NCBI GenBank assembly: GCA_001768235.1
Contig: MENK01000031.1
Location: forward strand, 7,294-71,293
From: Bacteroidetes bacterium GWB2_32_14
Lineage (GTDB): Bacteria; Bacteroidota; Bacteroidia; Bacteroidales; UBA12077
DNA length: 64,000 nucleotides
Direction of reading: 5' to 3'
Shown here: piece by piece, positions 1 through 8,033 of the stretch
How the letters are laid out: each line of letters opens with the position of its first letter
Numbering within the stretch: the first letter of the stretch is position 1
Position numbers and translations under genes: made by a program
Notes under the pieces: generated by a model
The model's database searches: none
Seen by the model: the letters and a program-made list of their open reading frames with translations, nothing else
Told to the model about the DNA's origin: nothing

Positions 1-453
1 TATGTTCAACTTACATGGTCAGGAGGATATACCGGAACCAGCAGTGGCTACACTGATGCTTCAGGTAACCTTGTAACAACAGTTTCAATTACAGGAACAA
101 GTATAACTGTTACTATCAATAGTATTACAGCTACAGGTTATTACTGGAATACGACTGCAAGTGAAGTTACTGAATCATATTCTGCATTTGCTAACCTGCC
201 TTCAATTGATGCTGCTACTTATCCAAATCCATGTACTTCAGAACTAAATTTCGTTATTGAACAGGATAAAACATCGAATGCAACAATTAATTTATTTGAC
301 ATAACCGGAAAACAGGTGATAAATAAAGAAGTTGAAATTATCCAGGGTTTCAATACAATTACAGTAGATGTAGAAAACTTAGAAAAAGGAATCTATTTTT
401 ATCGTATTTCAACTGATGAAGGAACAAAAGCAGGCAAGATTATTAAAAAATAG
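1..453 (+). CDS. 3' end of a T9SS-secreted protein (Ser/Thr-rich beta domain followed by a type A C-terminal sorting domain); 5' truncated by window edge
   Basis: Frame 1 is open from base 1 to TAG at 451-453 and translates ...YPNPCTSELNFVIE...INLFDITGKQV...ENLEKGIYFYRISTDEGTKAGKIIKK*, the YPNP...G(I)Y...K(I)IK pattern of Por secretion CTDs. Absent from the ORF track because the start lies outside the window. Confidence 0.9.
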   Translation, partial: YVQLTWSGGYTGTSSGYTDASGNLVTTVSITGTSITVTINSITATGYYWNTTASEVTESYSAFANLPSIDAATYPNPCTSELNFVIEQDKTSNATINLFDITGKQVINKEVEIIQGFNTITVDVENLEKGIYFYRISTDEGTKAGKIIKK

Positions 454-506
454 TTAAAAATACTGGTCATCCCAAAACAGGTTGACAAGTTTAAAGTAAA
501 TTTTTC

Positions 507-537
507 AAACCAGCGAGGCTATCCTCGCTGGTTTTTT
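507..537 (+). terminator. Intrinsic terminator after the T9SS cargo gene
   Basis: AAACCAGCGAGG-CTAT-CCTCGCTGGTTT perfect 12-bp stem ending in a T-run. Confidence 0.9.
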
Positions 538-733
538 CATGTTTTAGAATAAAAAACGTAAAGTTTTTTACTAAACAACTTTTAAAAAACAGACAGTGAG
601 TGAACCATCCATTCAGATTTTGGTTTAATAAAAATTAAACAAGAATCATTGTACTTAATTTTTCATTTTTTTGTACCTTTCTTTAATAAAATACTTAAAT
701 ATGTTTTTATCCGTTTTACATAAAACCTGAACT

Positions 734-1171
734 ATGAAAAAAGTTATTTTAATTGCCTTTCTGAGTTTTATTTTTAACCCCCTCCCCGCCCAGGAATGGA
801 TTACAGACTATGATGAAGCCATAAAACTGGCATCTGAAAAAAACAGGAATATTGTTTTGGTTTTCCAGGGATCAGACTGGTGTGCCCCCTGCATAAAATT
901 AGAACGAGAAATCTGGACCAGTGAAGAATTTAAAACATTTGCCAACGGCCATTTTGTACTATTAAAAGCCGATTTCCCACGAAAAAAAGCAAACCGGTTA
1001 GATAAAACACAACAGGGAAAAAATAACAAACTGGCCGAAAAATATAATAAAGCAGGGAATTTCCCTCTTGTAGTTGTACTCGATGCAAATGGGAATGTTC
1101 TCGGCGAAACCGGTTACCAAAAAATAACACCCCGGGAATACATTACCCTTTTAACTGATTTTGAAAAATAA
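734..1171 (+). CDS. Secreted thioredoxin-family protein (CxxC)
   Basis: Signal peptide, W-x-x-D-Y start, active site DWCAPC, NFPLVVVLDANG strand typical of thioredoxin-like (DsbD-gamma/SoxW-like) proteins. Confidence 0.85.
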   Translation: MKKVILIAFLSFIFNPLPAQEWITDYDEAIKLASEKNRNIVLVFQGSDWCAPCIKLEREIWTSEEFKTFANGHFVLLKADFPRKKANRLDKTQQGKNNKLAEKYNKAGNFPLVVVLDANGNVLGETGYQKITPREYITLLTDFEK

Positions 1172-2165
1172 AAAATTGAAAAAACTTCTTTTAACATTTT
1201 TTGCATACCTGGTTGTTCTAAACCTGTCAGCCCAACAAACATATAAAAGAACATTAAAGCTGATGGGTTGCCGGTTCGATATTACAGTAGTTGCCGGTAA
1301 CCAGGCTTTGGGCAATGAATATATTGATTTGGCAATAGCCGAAATAACACGTATCGAAAAATTAACCTCGGAGTGGGATTCAGAATCACAAACATCGGCC
1401 ATTAACAGAAATGCCGGCATTTGTCCTGTAAAAGTAGATAACGAACTTTTCGATTTAATTGAGCGGGCAACAAAGATTTCAAAATTAACCGACGGGGCAT
1501 TTGATATTAGTTTTGCTGCCATGGATAAAATATGGAAGTTTGATGGCTCAATGACAGAAAAGCCATTGGATGAAGAAATAAAAAAATCAGTAGCTAAAGT
1601 TGGTTACCAGAATATTCTTTTAGATAAAGAGAATAGCACGGTTTTTCTTAAACTGGAAGGAATGAAAATCGGATTTGGGGCAATTGGTAAAGGATATGCT
1701 GCCGATAAGGCAAAAGCTCTTTTAACAGGAAGAGGTGTTACGGCGGGAATCATAAATGCTTCGGGCGATTTAAATGCCTGGGGAAAACAACCCGATGGCA
1801 GAGATTGGATGGTTGCCATTACAAATCCACTAAATAAAGCCAAAGTTTTTGCCTGGCTTCCTGTATATAACGGTGCAGTTGTTACTTCCGGCAACTATGA
1901 GAAATATGTAGTTTTTGACAATACCCGCTATTCACATATTATCGACCCGCGAACAGGTTACCCAGGCACAGGAGTTGAAAGTGTTACCATTTTCACATCG
2001 AATGCAGAACTTGCCGATGCATTGGCTACATCCGTATTTGTTATGGGTGTAGAAACAGGATTAAATTTCATCAACCAGCTAAAAGGTGTTGAGTGCATTC
2101 TTGTTGATGATAAAAACAAAATATATACATCAGAAAATATCAATTTAAATCAACCCGAAAAGTAA
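1161..2165 (+). CDS. apbE: FAD:protein FMN transferase (ApbE family)
   Basis: LMGCRF, GAFDISF, GAIGKGYAAD, SGDL, VVTSGNYEKY, HIIDPRTGYP and ADALAT motifs. TTG start overlaps the thioredoxin stop. Signal peptide has no lipobox Cys. Confidence 0.92.
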   Translation: MKNKKLKKLLLTFFAYLVVLNLSAQQTYKRTLKLMGCRFDITVVAGNQALGNEYIDLAIAEITRIEKLTSEWDSESQTSAINRNAGICPVKVDNELFDLIERATKISKLTDGAFDISFAAMDKIWKFDGSMTEKPLDEEIKKSVAKVGYQNILLDKENSTVFLKLEGMKIGFGAIGKGYAADKAKALLTGRGVTAGIINASGDLNAWGKQPDGRDWMVAITNPLNKAKVFAWLPVYNGAVVTSGNYEKYVVFDNTRYSHIIDPRTGYPGTGVESVTIFTSNAELADALATSVFVMGVETGLNFINQLKGVECILVDDKNKIYTSENINLNQPEK

Positions 2166-2166
2166 A

Positions 2167-2376
2167 ATGAAAAAAATTCTTCTCCTTATTGCAATAGCTA
2201 TTTCGTTAAGCTCATGTGCCATAGTTAAGGAATATGAAATGGTGAATATTAACGACCCTGACATGGCTTTAAGCCTCAGGAAAATTGACCGTTTTGAAGC
2301 TAATTTTCAGGCATACAGGGAGGCTGCTTCCGGCGCAAATGGCGGAAAAACTGGTGGTGGTTGTGGATGCAATTAA
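2167..2376 (+). CDS. Small lipoprotein, DUF4266-like, ending GGGCGCN
   Basis: Lipobox LSSC, VKEYE...DPDM core, REAASGANGGKTGGGCGCN C-terminus. Sits 1 bp after apbE. Confidence 0.8.
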   Translation: MKKILLLIAIAISLSSCAIVKEYEMVNINDPDMALSLRKIDRFEANFQAYREAASGANGGKTGGGCGCN

Positions 2377-2382
2377 TATGAA

Positions 2383-3732
2383 ATGAAAATGAAAAAATCG
2401 GGTATTGTTGTTTTGCTTTTAATAAGCACGCTGGGGTTCGCACAGAATAAGTCAGTTGATTCAACAAAAGTTTACAAAAAGCGTGTGCTGGAGTCATCAG
2501 AAATTGATTTTATAACCAGTTATTATTTACAGGATGGCAGGAATGCTGCTGTAAGCGGTGGTATTGGAACCGAAGAACTGAGTGATTTTACTTCCAATTT
2601 AGTTGTTTCTGTACCTCTAAACGATGATGATATTCTAACCGTTGATGCAGGTATTTCGGCCTATTCGTCTGCTTCATCAAGCAATATAAATCCTTTCGAC
2701 GGCGACAATGCAGACCCTTTTCTGGCTTCATCCGGTGCCTCTTCGAGCGATGTATGGTATAATTTTACAGGATCGTACAACCATAGCTCCGATAACAGAA
2801 ATAATATCTGGGATGCCAGGCTGTCTGTTTCAATCGAGTTCGACTATACTTCTTTTGGTTTTGGTGGTGGATATACAAAGCTTTTTAATGAGAAAAATAC
2901 TGAAGCAAGTGTCCATGCCAATGTGTTCCTGGACTCATGGTCTCCTAGATATCCCGTTGAACTAAGTTCTGCAAGCAGGAGTTTTAGTATCGACGATTAT
3001 ACAATTACCGGCAATTCAGATTACAATCCAACATTTCAGCCTTTTAGCAATAAATCGCGTAATTCTTATTCGCTTGGATTTGGATTATCCCAGGTTCTTT
3101 CAAAAAACCTTCAAACATTATTTGCCTTGGATTTGGTTTTTCAACAGGGATTGTTATCAACGCCCTACCAAAGAATCTATTTTAGCGATATTGAAGATTC
3201 ATTTATCGAAGATTTCCAACTGGCCGATGCGATTGAACTACTGCCAGATACCCGTTTAAAAGTAGCCCTAGGCAACCGGATGAGTTATTATATTAACGAA
3301 TACATTGTTTTACGTTCATTTTACCGGTATTATTTTGACGACTGGGGTATTATTTCTCATACAGCAAGCCTTGAAATACCGGTAAAATTTGCCGATAAGT
3401 TTACATTATATCCATCGTACCGGTATTATTCGCAAACAGCAGCAGATTATTTTGCTCCTTACGAAAAACATGTATCTACAGAACGTTTTTACACATCCGA
3501 TTACGACCTGTCAGGGTTTTATGCAAACCAGTATGGTTTTGGGATAACCTATACCGATATTTTCACCAATTCGCACATCTGGATTTTCGGGTTAAAAAGC
3601 ATTGATCTGAAACTTAATTATTATGAAAGAGACACAGGGTTTAACGCCTTGTTTATAGTAGGAGGATTTAAATTTGTTCTTGATGACAGGAAAAAATCAA
3701 TACCTAAATTATTAAATAAAATCGGCTTTTAA
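2383..3732 (+). CDS. DUF3570-like outer-membrane beta-barrel protein
   Basis: Signal peptide, SYYLQDG..AAVSGGIGTEEL N-terminal motif, alternating aromatic beta-strands, YRYY..D.WG..SHT and SDYDLS motifs. Adjacent to DUF4266. Confidence 0.78.
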   Translation: MKMKKSGIVVLLLISTLGFAQNKSVDSTKVYKKRVLESSEIDFITSYYLQDGRNAAVSGGIGTEELSDFTSNLVVSVPLNDDDILTVDAGISAYSSASSSNINPFDGDNADPFLASSGASSSDVWYNFTGSYNHSSDNRNNIWDARLSVSIEFDYTSFGFGGGYTKLFNEKNTEASVHANVFLDSWSPRYPVELSSASRSFSIDDYTITGNSDYNPTFQPFSNKSRNSYSLGFGLSQVLSKNLQTLFALDLVFQQGLLSTPYQRIYFSDIEDSFIEDFQLADAIELLPDTRLKVALGNRMSYYINEYIVLRSFYRYYFDDWGIISHTASLEIPVKFADKFTLYPSYRYYSQTAADYFAPYEKHVSTERFYTSDYDLSGFYANQYGFGITYTDIFTNSHIWIFGLKSIDLKLNYYERDTGFNALFIVGGFKFVLDDRKKSIPKLLNKIGF

Positions 3733-3745
3733 ATCTTACCAATAC

Positions 3746-4627
3746 TTAATCAACAAAGACATTCAGTCCTTTAGGAATAATTTTTATTCTTAGTTCTTCG
3801 CCCATTTCACCGGGTTCGCCATCGAAATGAATAACATCGGGTTGTTTTCGGCGAATGGTAAGTTCTTCGCAACTGAACGTTTCGAGATACTGGCTTTTAT
3901 CTATATTTTTAAGAAACAACCGGGCACCCATAACCGGGGCATTAATAATTGGGAAAGCACGCATAATGGCAACTTCCATTTTACCATCGTTTACATCAGC
4001 TTTGGGAGCAATATGAGCATTGTTCCCATATTGAGATGCGTTGGCACAGGTAATAAGAAAAGCATCTCGAAAAAGTGTTTTTTCTTTAGTTGCTATCTCG
4101 TAACGTTGTGGCTCATATTTAACAAACTCTGAAAAGGATGCCTTAATGTAATTTGCAAAACCACGTCCTTCGGTTTTTGAAAAAACATGTCCGACATGGG
4201 CATCGAAACCAACACCTGTTGTACAAAAGAATAAACGGTCATTTATTTTGCCATAATCCATTTTTAAAATATTCCTTTTAAAAATAAGATTCAGGGCCTT
4301 TCTCGGATTCATGGGGATTTTCAGGTGCCTGGCTAGACCATTGCCCGAGCCAACAGGAATTATTCCTAAAACAGCATCGGTATCTACAATAGCACTTGCC
4401 ACTTCGTTTACTGTGCCATCGCCACCAACAGCAATAAAAATCTTAAATCCTTTGGTGTAATAATCTCTAACCCTGCTTGTTGCATCACCCGGAAAGCGTG
4501 TTTCAATTATTTCAAAATCGATTTGTCGGGCATTGAGCTTTTTCTCAATAAGCCCGGATAATGAACCTTTGTTTTTTTTACCTGAAACCGGGTTAACAAC
4601 AAATAAAAACTTTTCTTTCATCGCCAC
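3746..4627 (-). CDS. Diacylglycerol/lipid kinase, DagK/YegS family
   Basis: VNPVSG, AVGGDGTVNEV, GIIPVGSGNGLARHL, NASQYG and HFDGE motifs. The ATG at 4621 is an alternative start. Confidence 0.9.
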   Translation of the reverse strand: MAMKEKFLFVVNPVSGKKNKGSLSGLIEKKLNARQIDFEIIETRFPGDATSRVRDYYTKGFKIFIAVGGDGTVNEVASAIVDTDAVLGIIPVGSGNGLARHLKIPMNPRKALNLIFKRNILKMDYGKINDRLFFCTTGVGFDAHVGHVFSKTEGRGFANYIKASFSEFVKYEPQRYEIATKEKTLFRDAFLITCANASQYGNNAHIAPKADVNDGKMEVAIMRAFPIINAPVMGARLFLKNIDKSQYLETFSCEELTIRRKQPDVIHFDGEPGEMGEELRIKIIPKGLNVFVD

Positions 4628-4654
4628 TTACCTCTAATCCATTATAAAACTTTG

Positions 4655-4662
4655 CAAAAGTA
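4655..4662 (-). promoter_or_regulatory. Bacteroidota sigma-A -7 element (TACTTTTG) for the lipid kinase gene
   Basis: Matches TAnnTTTG about 28 bp upstream of the start codon. Confidence 0.6.
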
Positions 4663-4821
4663 CTTATTATCAATAACATTTTAAAATTATATACCGAAAT
4701 GTTTGGGAAGCTATTTATAATTCATTTAATATATTCTTAACAATCAATAAGATTTAGTAATTCCTTAAACCATATTTAACAATCTGTTTAGAATCAGTTT
4801 ATTTCTTTGAAATAAAAACAC

Positions 4822-5649
4822 ATGTTAAAACAAAATCACTACAAAACCATAATTATTTCTGATGTACATTTAGGGACTAACACGTCGAAGGCCAAAGAAT
4901 TAGTCCGTTTTTTAAAAACAAATACCTGCGATAAACTCATTTTAAACGGAGATATAATAGATGGCTGGAGATTGAAAAAATCGGGAAAATGGAAAAAAAA
5001 ACATACTCGTTTTTTTAAAGTTCTTGTAAAAATGATGGGTGAATTTAACACAGAGGTAATATATATAAGAGGAAACCACGATGACTTCCTGGATAATATG
5101 ATGCCTTTTACTATTGGAAACCTTTCAATACGCAAAGATTATATCCATAAAAGTTTTGGGAAAAACTATTATGTTGTTCATGGAGATATTTTCGATAACA
5201 TAACTACAAACCTCCGCTGGTTAGCAAAGTTAGGCGATATCGGATATACTTTCCTTTTGTGGATGAATAAAGTATATAATAACCGACGGGTAAAACGGGG
5301 ATTGCCTTACTACTCATTGTCTCAAGAGATAAAACAACGAGTTAAAACAGCTGTATCATATATCTCAAGTTTTGAGCAGGAGCTTGTGAATCTTGCTAAG
5401 CAGAAGAATTGTCAGGGGGTAATATGCGGTCATATTCATCATCCGGATATCAGGGAATATGGGAATATAACATATTATAATTCGGGCGACTGGATAGAGT
5501 CGTTGACTGCGCTTGTAGAACATTATAATGGCAATTGGGAAATATTATACTACAACAATTTGATTAAAGAAGAAATTACCCCTTTATCGAACCAATTAAA
5601 AAATATTGAATTTGTTATACCAAAATTACCACAAATAAAGCTCGCTTAA
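4822..5649 (+). CDS. Calcineurin-like metallophosphoesterase, PlcP-like phospholipase C / LpxH-like (usually auto-annotated UDP-2,3-diacylglucosamine diphosphatase)
   Basis: SDVHLG, GDIIDGW, GNHDD, HGDIFD, WLAKLGD..Y, YYSLS, GVICGHIH and NSGDWIES motifs. The WLA.LGD.Y / Y.SLS..K..VK.AV segment is as I recall for the PlcP subfamily. Confidence 0.8.
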   Translation: MLKQNHYKTIIISDVHLGTNTSKAKELVRFLKTNTCDKLILNGDIIDGWRLKKSGKWKKKHTRFFKVLVKMMGEFNTEVIYIRGNHDDFLDNMMPFTIGNLSIRKDYIHKSFGKNYYVVHGDIFDNITTNLRWLAKLGDIGYTFLLWMNKVYNNRRVKRGLPYYSLSQEIKQRVKTAVSYISSFEQELVNLAKQKNCQGVICGHIHHPDIREYGNITYYNSGDWIESLTALVEHYNGNWEILYYNNLIKEEITPLSNQLKNIEFVIPKLPQIKLA

Positions 5650-6828
5650 ATGAAATATCTTTTTATAGTTCAGGGAGAAGGCAGAGGCCATTTAACCCAG
5701 GCTATAAGTTTAAAAAACATTTTAATAAAAAACGGCCATGAAATTACAAAAGTCATTGTTGGTAAGAGCACTCACGGGGAAATACCCGGGTTTTTCACTG
5801 AAAAGATTAAATCGGGTATTGTTCGTGTTGAAAGCCCAAGTTTCGTTACAGACAAAAAAAATATACGCATCCGAATTACAAGAACAATATTCTACAATTT
5901 ATTCCATTCACGAAGGTTTCTCAATAGTTTAAAAACAATTAAACGAATTGTTGATAACGAGAAACCCGATATTATTGTCAATTTTTATGACACTTTAGGT
6001 GGTTTGTTTTACCTTGCATATAAAGTAGAAATTCCATTTTATTGCATAGGTCATCAGTATTTAATTTTTCACCCGGAGTTTTCTTTTCCTGAAAATCATT
6101 TCTTAGATAAATTCCTTTTTAAATTTCACGCAAGACTAACTTCAATTAATGCAACTAAACGTTTGGCATTATCTTTTAGATCAATGACCGACAATTTTGA
6201 TAAAAAAGGAGTTGTTGTTCCTCCATTACTTAGAAAAGAAGTGTTCGACAAAAATATTATAACTGAAGATTTCATACATGGCTATACCTTAAACGATGGT
6301 TATGCAAATGAAATAATAGAATGGCATAAAAACAAAACGAATATAAAAATACATTTCTTTTGGGATAAAAAGGATGCAATGGATGAAACAACTTATCATA
6401 ATAACTTAATCTTCCATAAAATTGATGATGAAAAGTTCCTCGACTACATGAGCCGTTGTTCTGGATATGCAAGTACAGCAGGTTTTGAATCTATTTGTGA
6501 AGCCATGTATATGGGTAAACCCGTAATGATGATTCCAACCGCCGGGCATTTTGAGCAAACGTGTAATGCTTTAGACGCATCTTTTTCCGGTGCAGGAATT
6601 GTATCTGAATCTTTCGATTTATCAAGATTTATTGAATATATCCCTCTACACAATCAGAATTATTCTGAATTCAGAAACTGGGTTAAAAATGCAGAAGTTT
6701 TTTTTATTTATCATCTTGTTCATAGTGTGAATAATTATTCAATTAAAAAATTTGAAAAATTCACCTTTGCAATAAATAAAAAGGTATTCAGAAAAAGTAC
6801 AATACTAAGAACGCAAAGTTTTCGTTAA
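5650..6828 (+). CDS. GT-B glycosyltransferase, GT28-related (MJ1255/VC2487-type)
   Basis: N-terminal QGEGRGHL, C-terminal TAGFESICEAMYMGKP..IP..GHFEQ..NA. The start directly abuts the phosphoesterase stop. Confidence 0.8.
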   Translation: MKYLFIVQGEGRGHLTQAISLKNILIKNGHEITKVIVGKSTHGEIPGFFTEKIKSGIVRVESPSFVTDKKNIRIRITRTIFYNLFHSRRFLNSLKTIKRIVDNEKPDIIVNFYDTLGGLFYLAYKVEIPFYCIGHQYLIFHPEFSFPENHFLDKFLFKFHARLTSINATKRLALSFRSMTDNFDKKGVVVPPLLRKEVFDKNIITEDFIHGYTLNDGYANEIIEWHKNKTNIKIHFFWDKKDAMDETTYHNNLIFHKIDDEKFLDYMSRCSGYASTAGFESICEAMYMGKPVMMIPTAGHFEQTCNALDASFSGAGIVSESFDLSRFIEYIPLHNQNYSEFRNWVKNAEVFFIYHLVHSVNNYSIKKFEKFTFAINKKVFRKSTILRTQSFR

Positions 6829-6879
6829 AATATTCGAGTTCAAATAAGAAGTACATTAAAATTCTTGGTTCATAATTTG

Positions 6880-6887
6880 TATTTTTG
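6880..6887 (+). promoter_or_regulatory. -7 promoter element (TATTTTTG) of porQ
   Basis: TAnnTTTG ending 4 nt before the ATG at 6892. Confidence 0.55.
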
Positions 6888-6891
6888 CCTG

Positions 6892-7962
6892 ATGATTCGA
6901 AAATTCAATTTATTCTTCATATTTCTATTCCTGTTTACCAAGATATTTTCGCAAACAGGAGGAACATCAACCTATTCATTTCTTGAACTTACAAACTCTG
7001 CCCGGGTAGCGGCAATGGGTGGAAACTTAAACTCTGTAAACGACAACGACTTAAACCTTACTTATCATAACCCGGCATTGCTGACAGCAGAAATGGATCA
7101 AACACTCGTGCTGAACTACGTGAACTACTTTGCCGGCATAAATTACGGGTATGTTTCGTATGCAAGAAATATAAAGAACTTTGGTGTTTTTGCCGGGGGA
7201 ATTCAATACATAAATTACGGTAAGTTTATTGAAGCCGACGACAAGGGAATTGTTACCGGGGAGTTTAATGCTTCTGAGTTTGCTTTAAGCTTAACTTACT
7301 CGCACCCGATAAATGAATTGTTTACAGTTGGAGCAACAATAAAACCTGTTATTTCCACACTCGAAAATTATACATCACTTGGTATTTCCGCTGATTTTGG
7401 AGCTTTATATAACAGTCCCGAGAAATTGTTCTCGGCTGCACTGGTTGTAAAAAACCTCGGAACACAGTTGAAATCATATACAAGCGAAACCGACAACTTG
7501 CCCCTGAATGTTCAGATAGGTATTTCACAAAAGTTAAAACATGCCCCTCTCCGATTTTCGATTATTGCCGATCATCTTGAAAAACCTGATTTATCATATA
7601 CAATTGAAAACAATGATTCAGACCTCGACCTGCTGACAGGTGAAGAAACATCAGAATCGGCCATTGATAAAATTGCCGATGGAGTTATGCGCCATATTAT
7701 TATCGGCTTGGAATTCATGCCCGTTGAAAACCTGTATCTTCGGGCCGGGTATAATTACAGAAGGCGGCAGGAAATGATTATAGAAACCCGAACGGCCATG
7801 TCAGGATTCTCGTGGGGTTTTGGGCTTAAAATCTCAAAATTCCATATCAACTACGGGCGGGCAACATACCACCTTGCAGGAGCTTCGGATCATATCTCTA
7901 TAAGCACAAATCTTGAAAGCTTCTATAAACGTCATGAATCAATATCATCTTCCGAATATTAA
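6892..7962 (+). CDS. porQ: Type IX secretion system outer-membrane protein PorQ
   Basis: FLEL..SAR.AAMGG, NPALL, YINYG.F, GYNYRRRQE and HLAG motifs. Conserved position upstream of cmk. The ATG at 6892 is preferred over the TTG at 6865. Confidence 0.8.
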   Translation: MIRKFNLFFIFLFLFTKIFSQTGGTSTYSFLELTNSARVAAMGGNLNSVNDNDLNLTYHNPALLTAEMDQTLVLNYVNYFAGINYGYVSYARNIKNFGVFAGGIQYINYGKFIEADDKGIVTGEFNASEFALSLTYSHPINELFTVGATIKPVISTLENYTSLGISADFGALYNSPEKLFSAALVVKNLGTQLKSYTSETDNLPLNVQIGISQKLKHAPLRFSIIADHLEKPDLSYTIENNDSDLDLLTGEETSESAIDKIADGVMRHIIIGLEFMPVENLYLRAGYNYRRRQEMIIETRTAMSGFSWGFGLKISKFHINYGRATYHLAGASDHISISTNLESFYKRHESISSSEY

Positions 7963-7993
7963 TCCTGATTTTTGCCAAAAGTAAAAATTAAAA

Positions 7994-8001
7994 TACCTTT
8001 G
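7994..8001 (+). promoter_or_regulatory. -7 promoter element (TACCTTTG) of cmk-ispH
   Basis: TAnnTTTG 32 bp upstream of the cmk ATG. Confidence 0.6.
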
Positions 8002-8033
8002 ACATTCAAAATAAATACACGCAAAGAAAGTTC

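Noticed and set aside
4822-5649. Calling this gene lpxH (lipid A biosynthesis)
   Set aside because: Its subfamily motifs and its glycosyltransferase/DAG-kinase context fit PlcP-like enzymes better, and no lpx genes are nearby. Left without a gene symbol.
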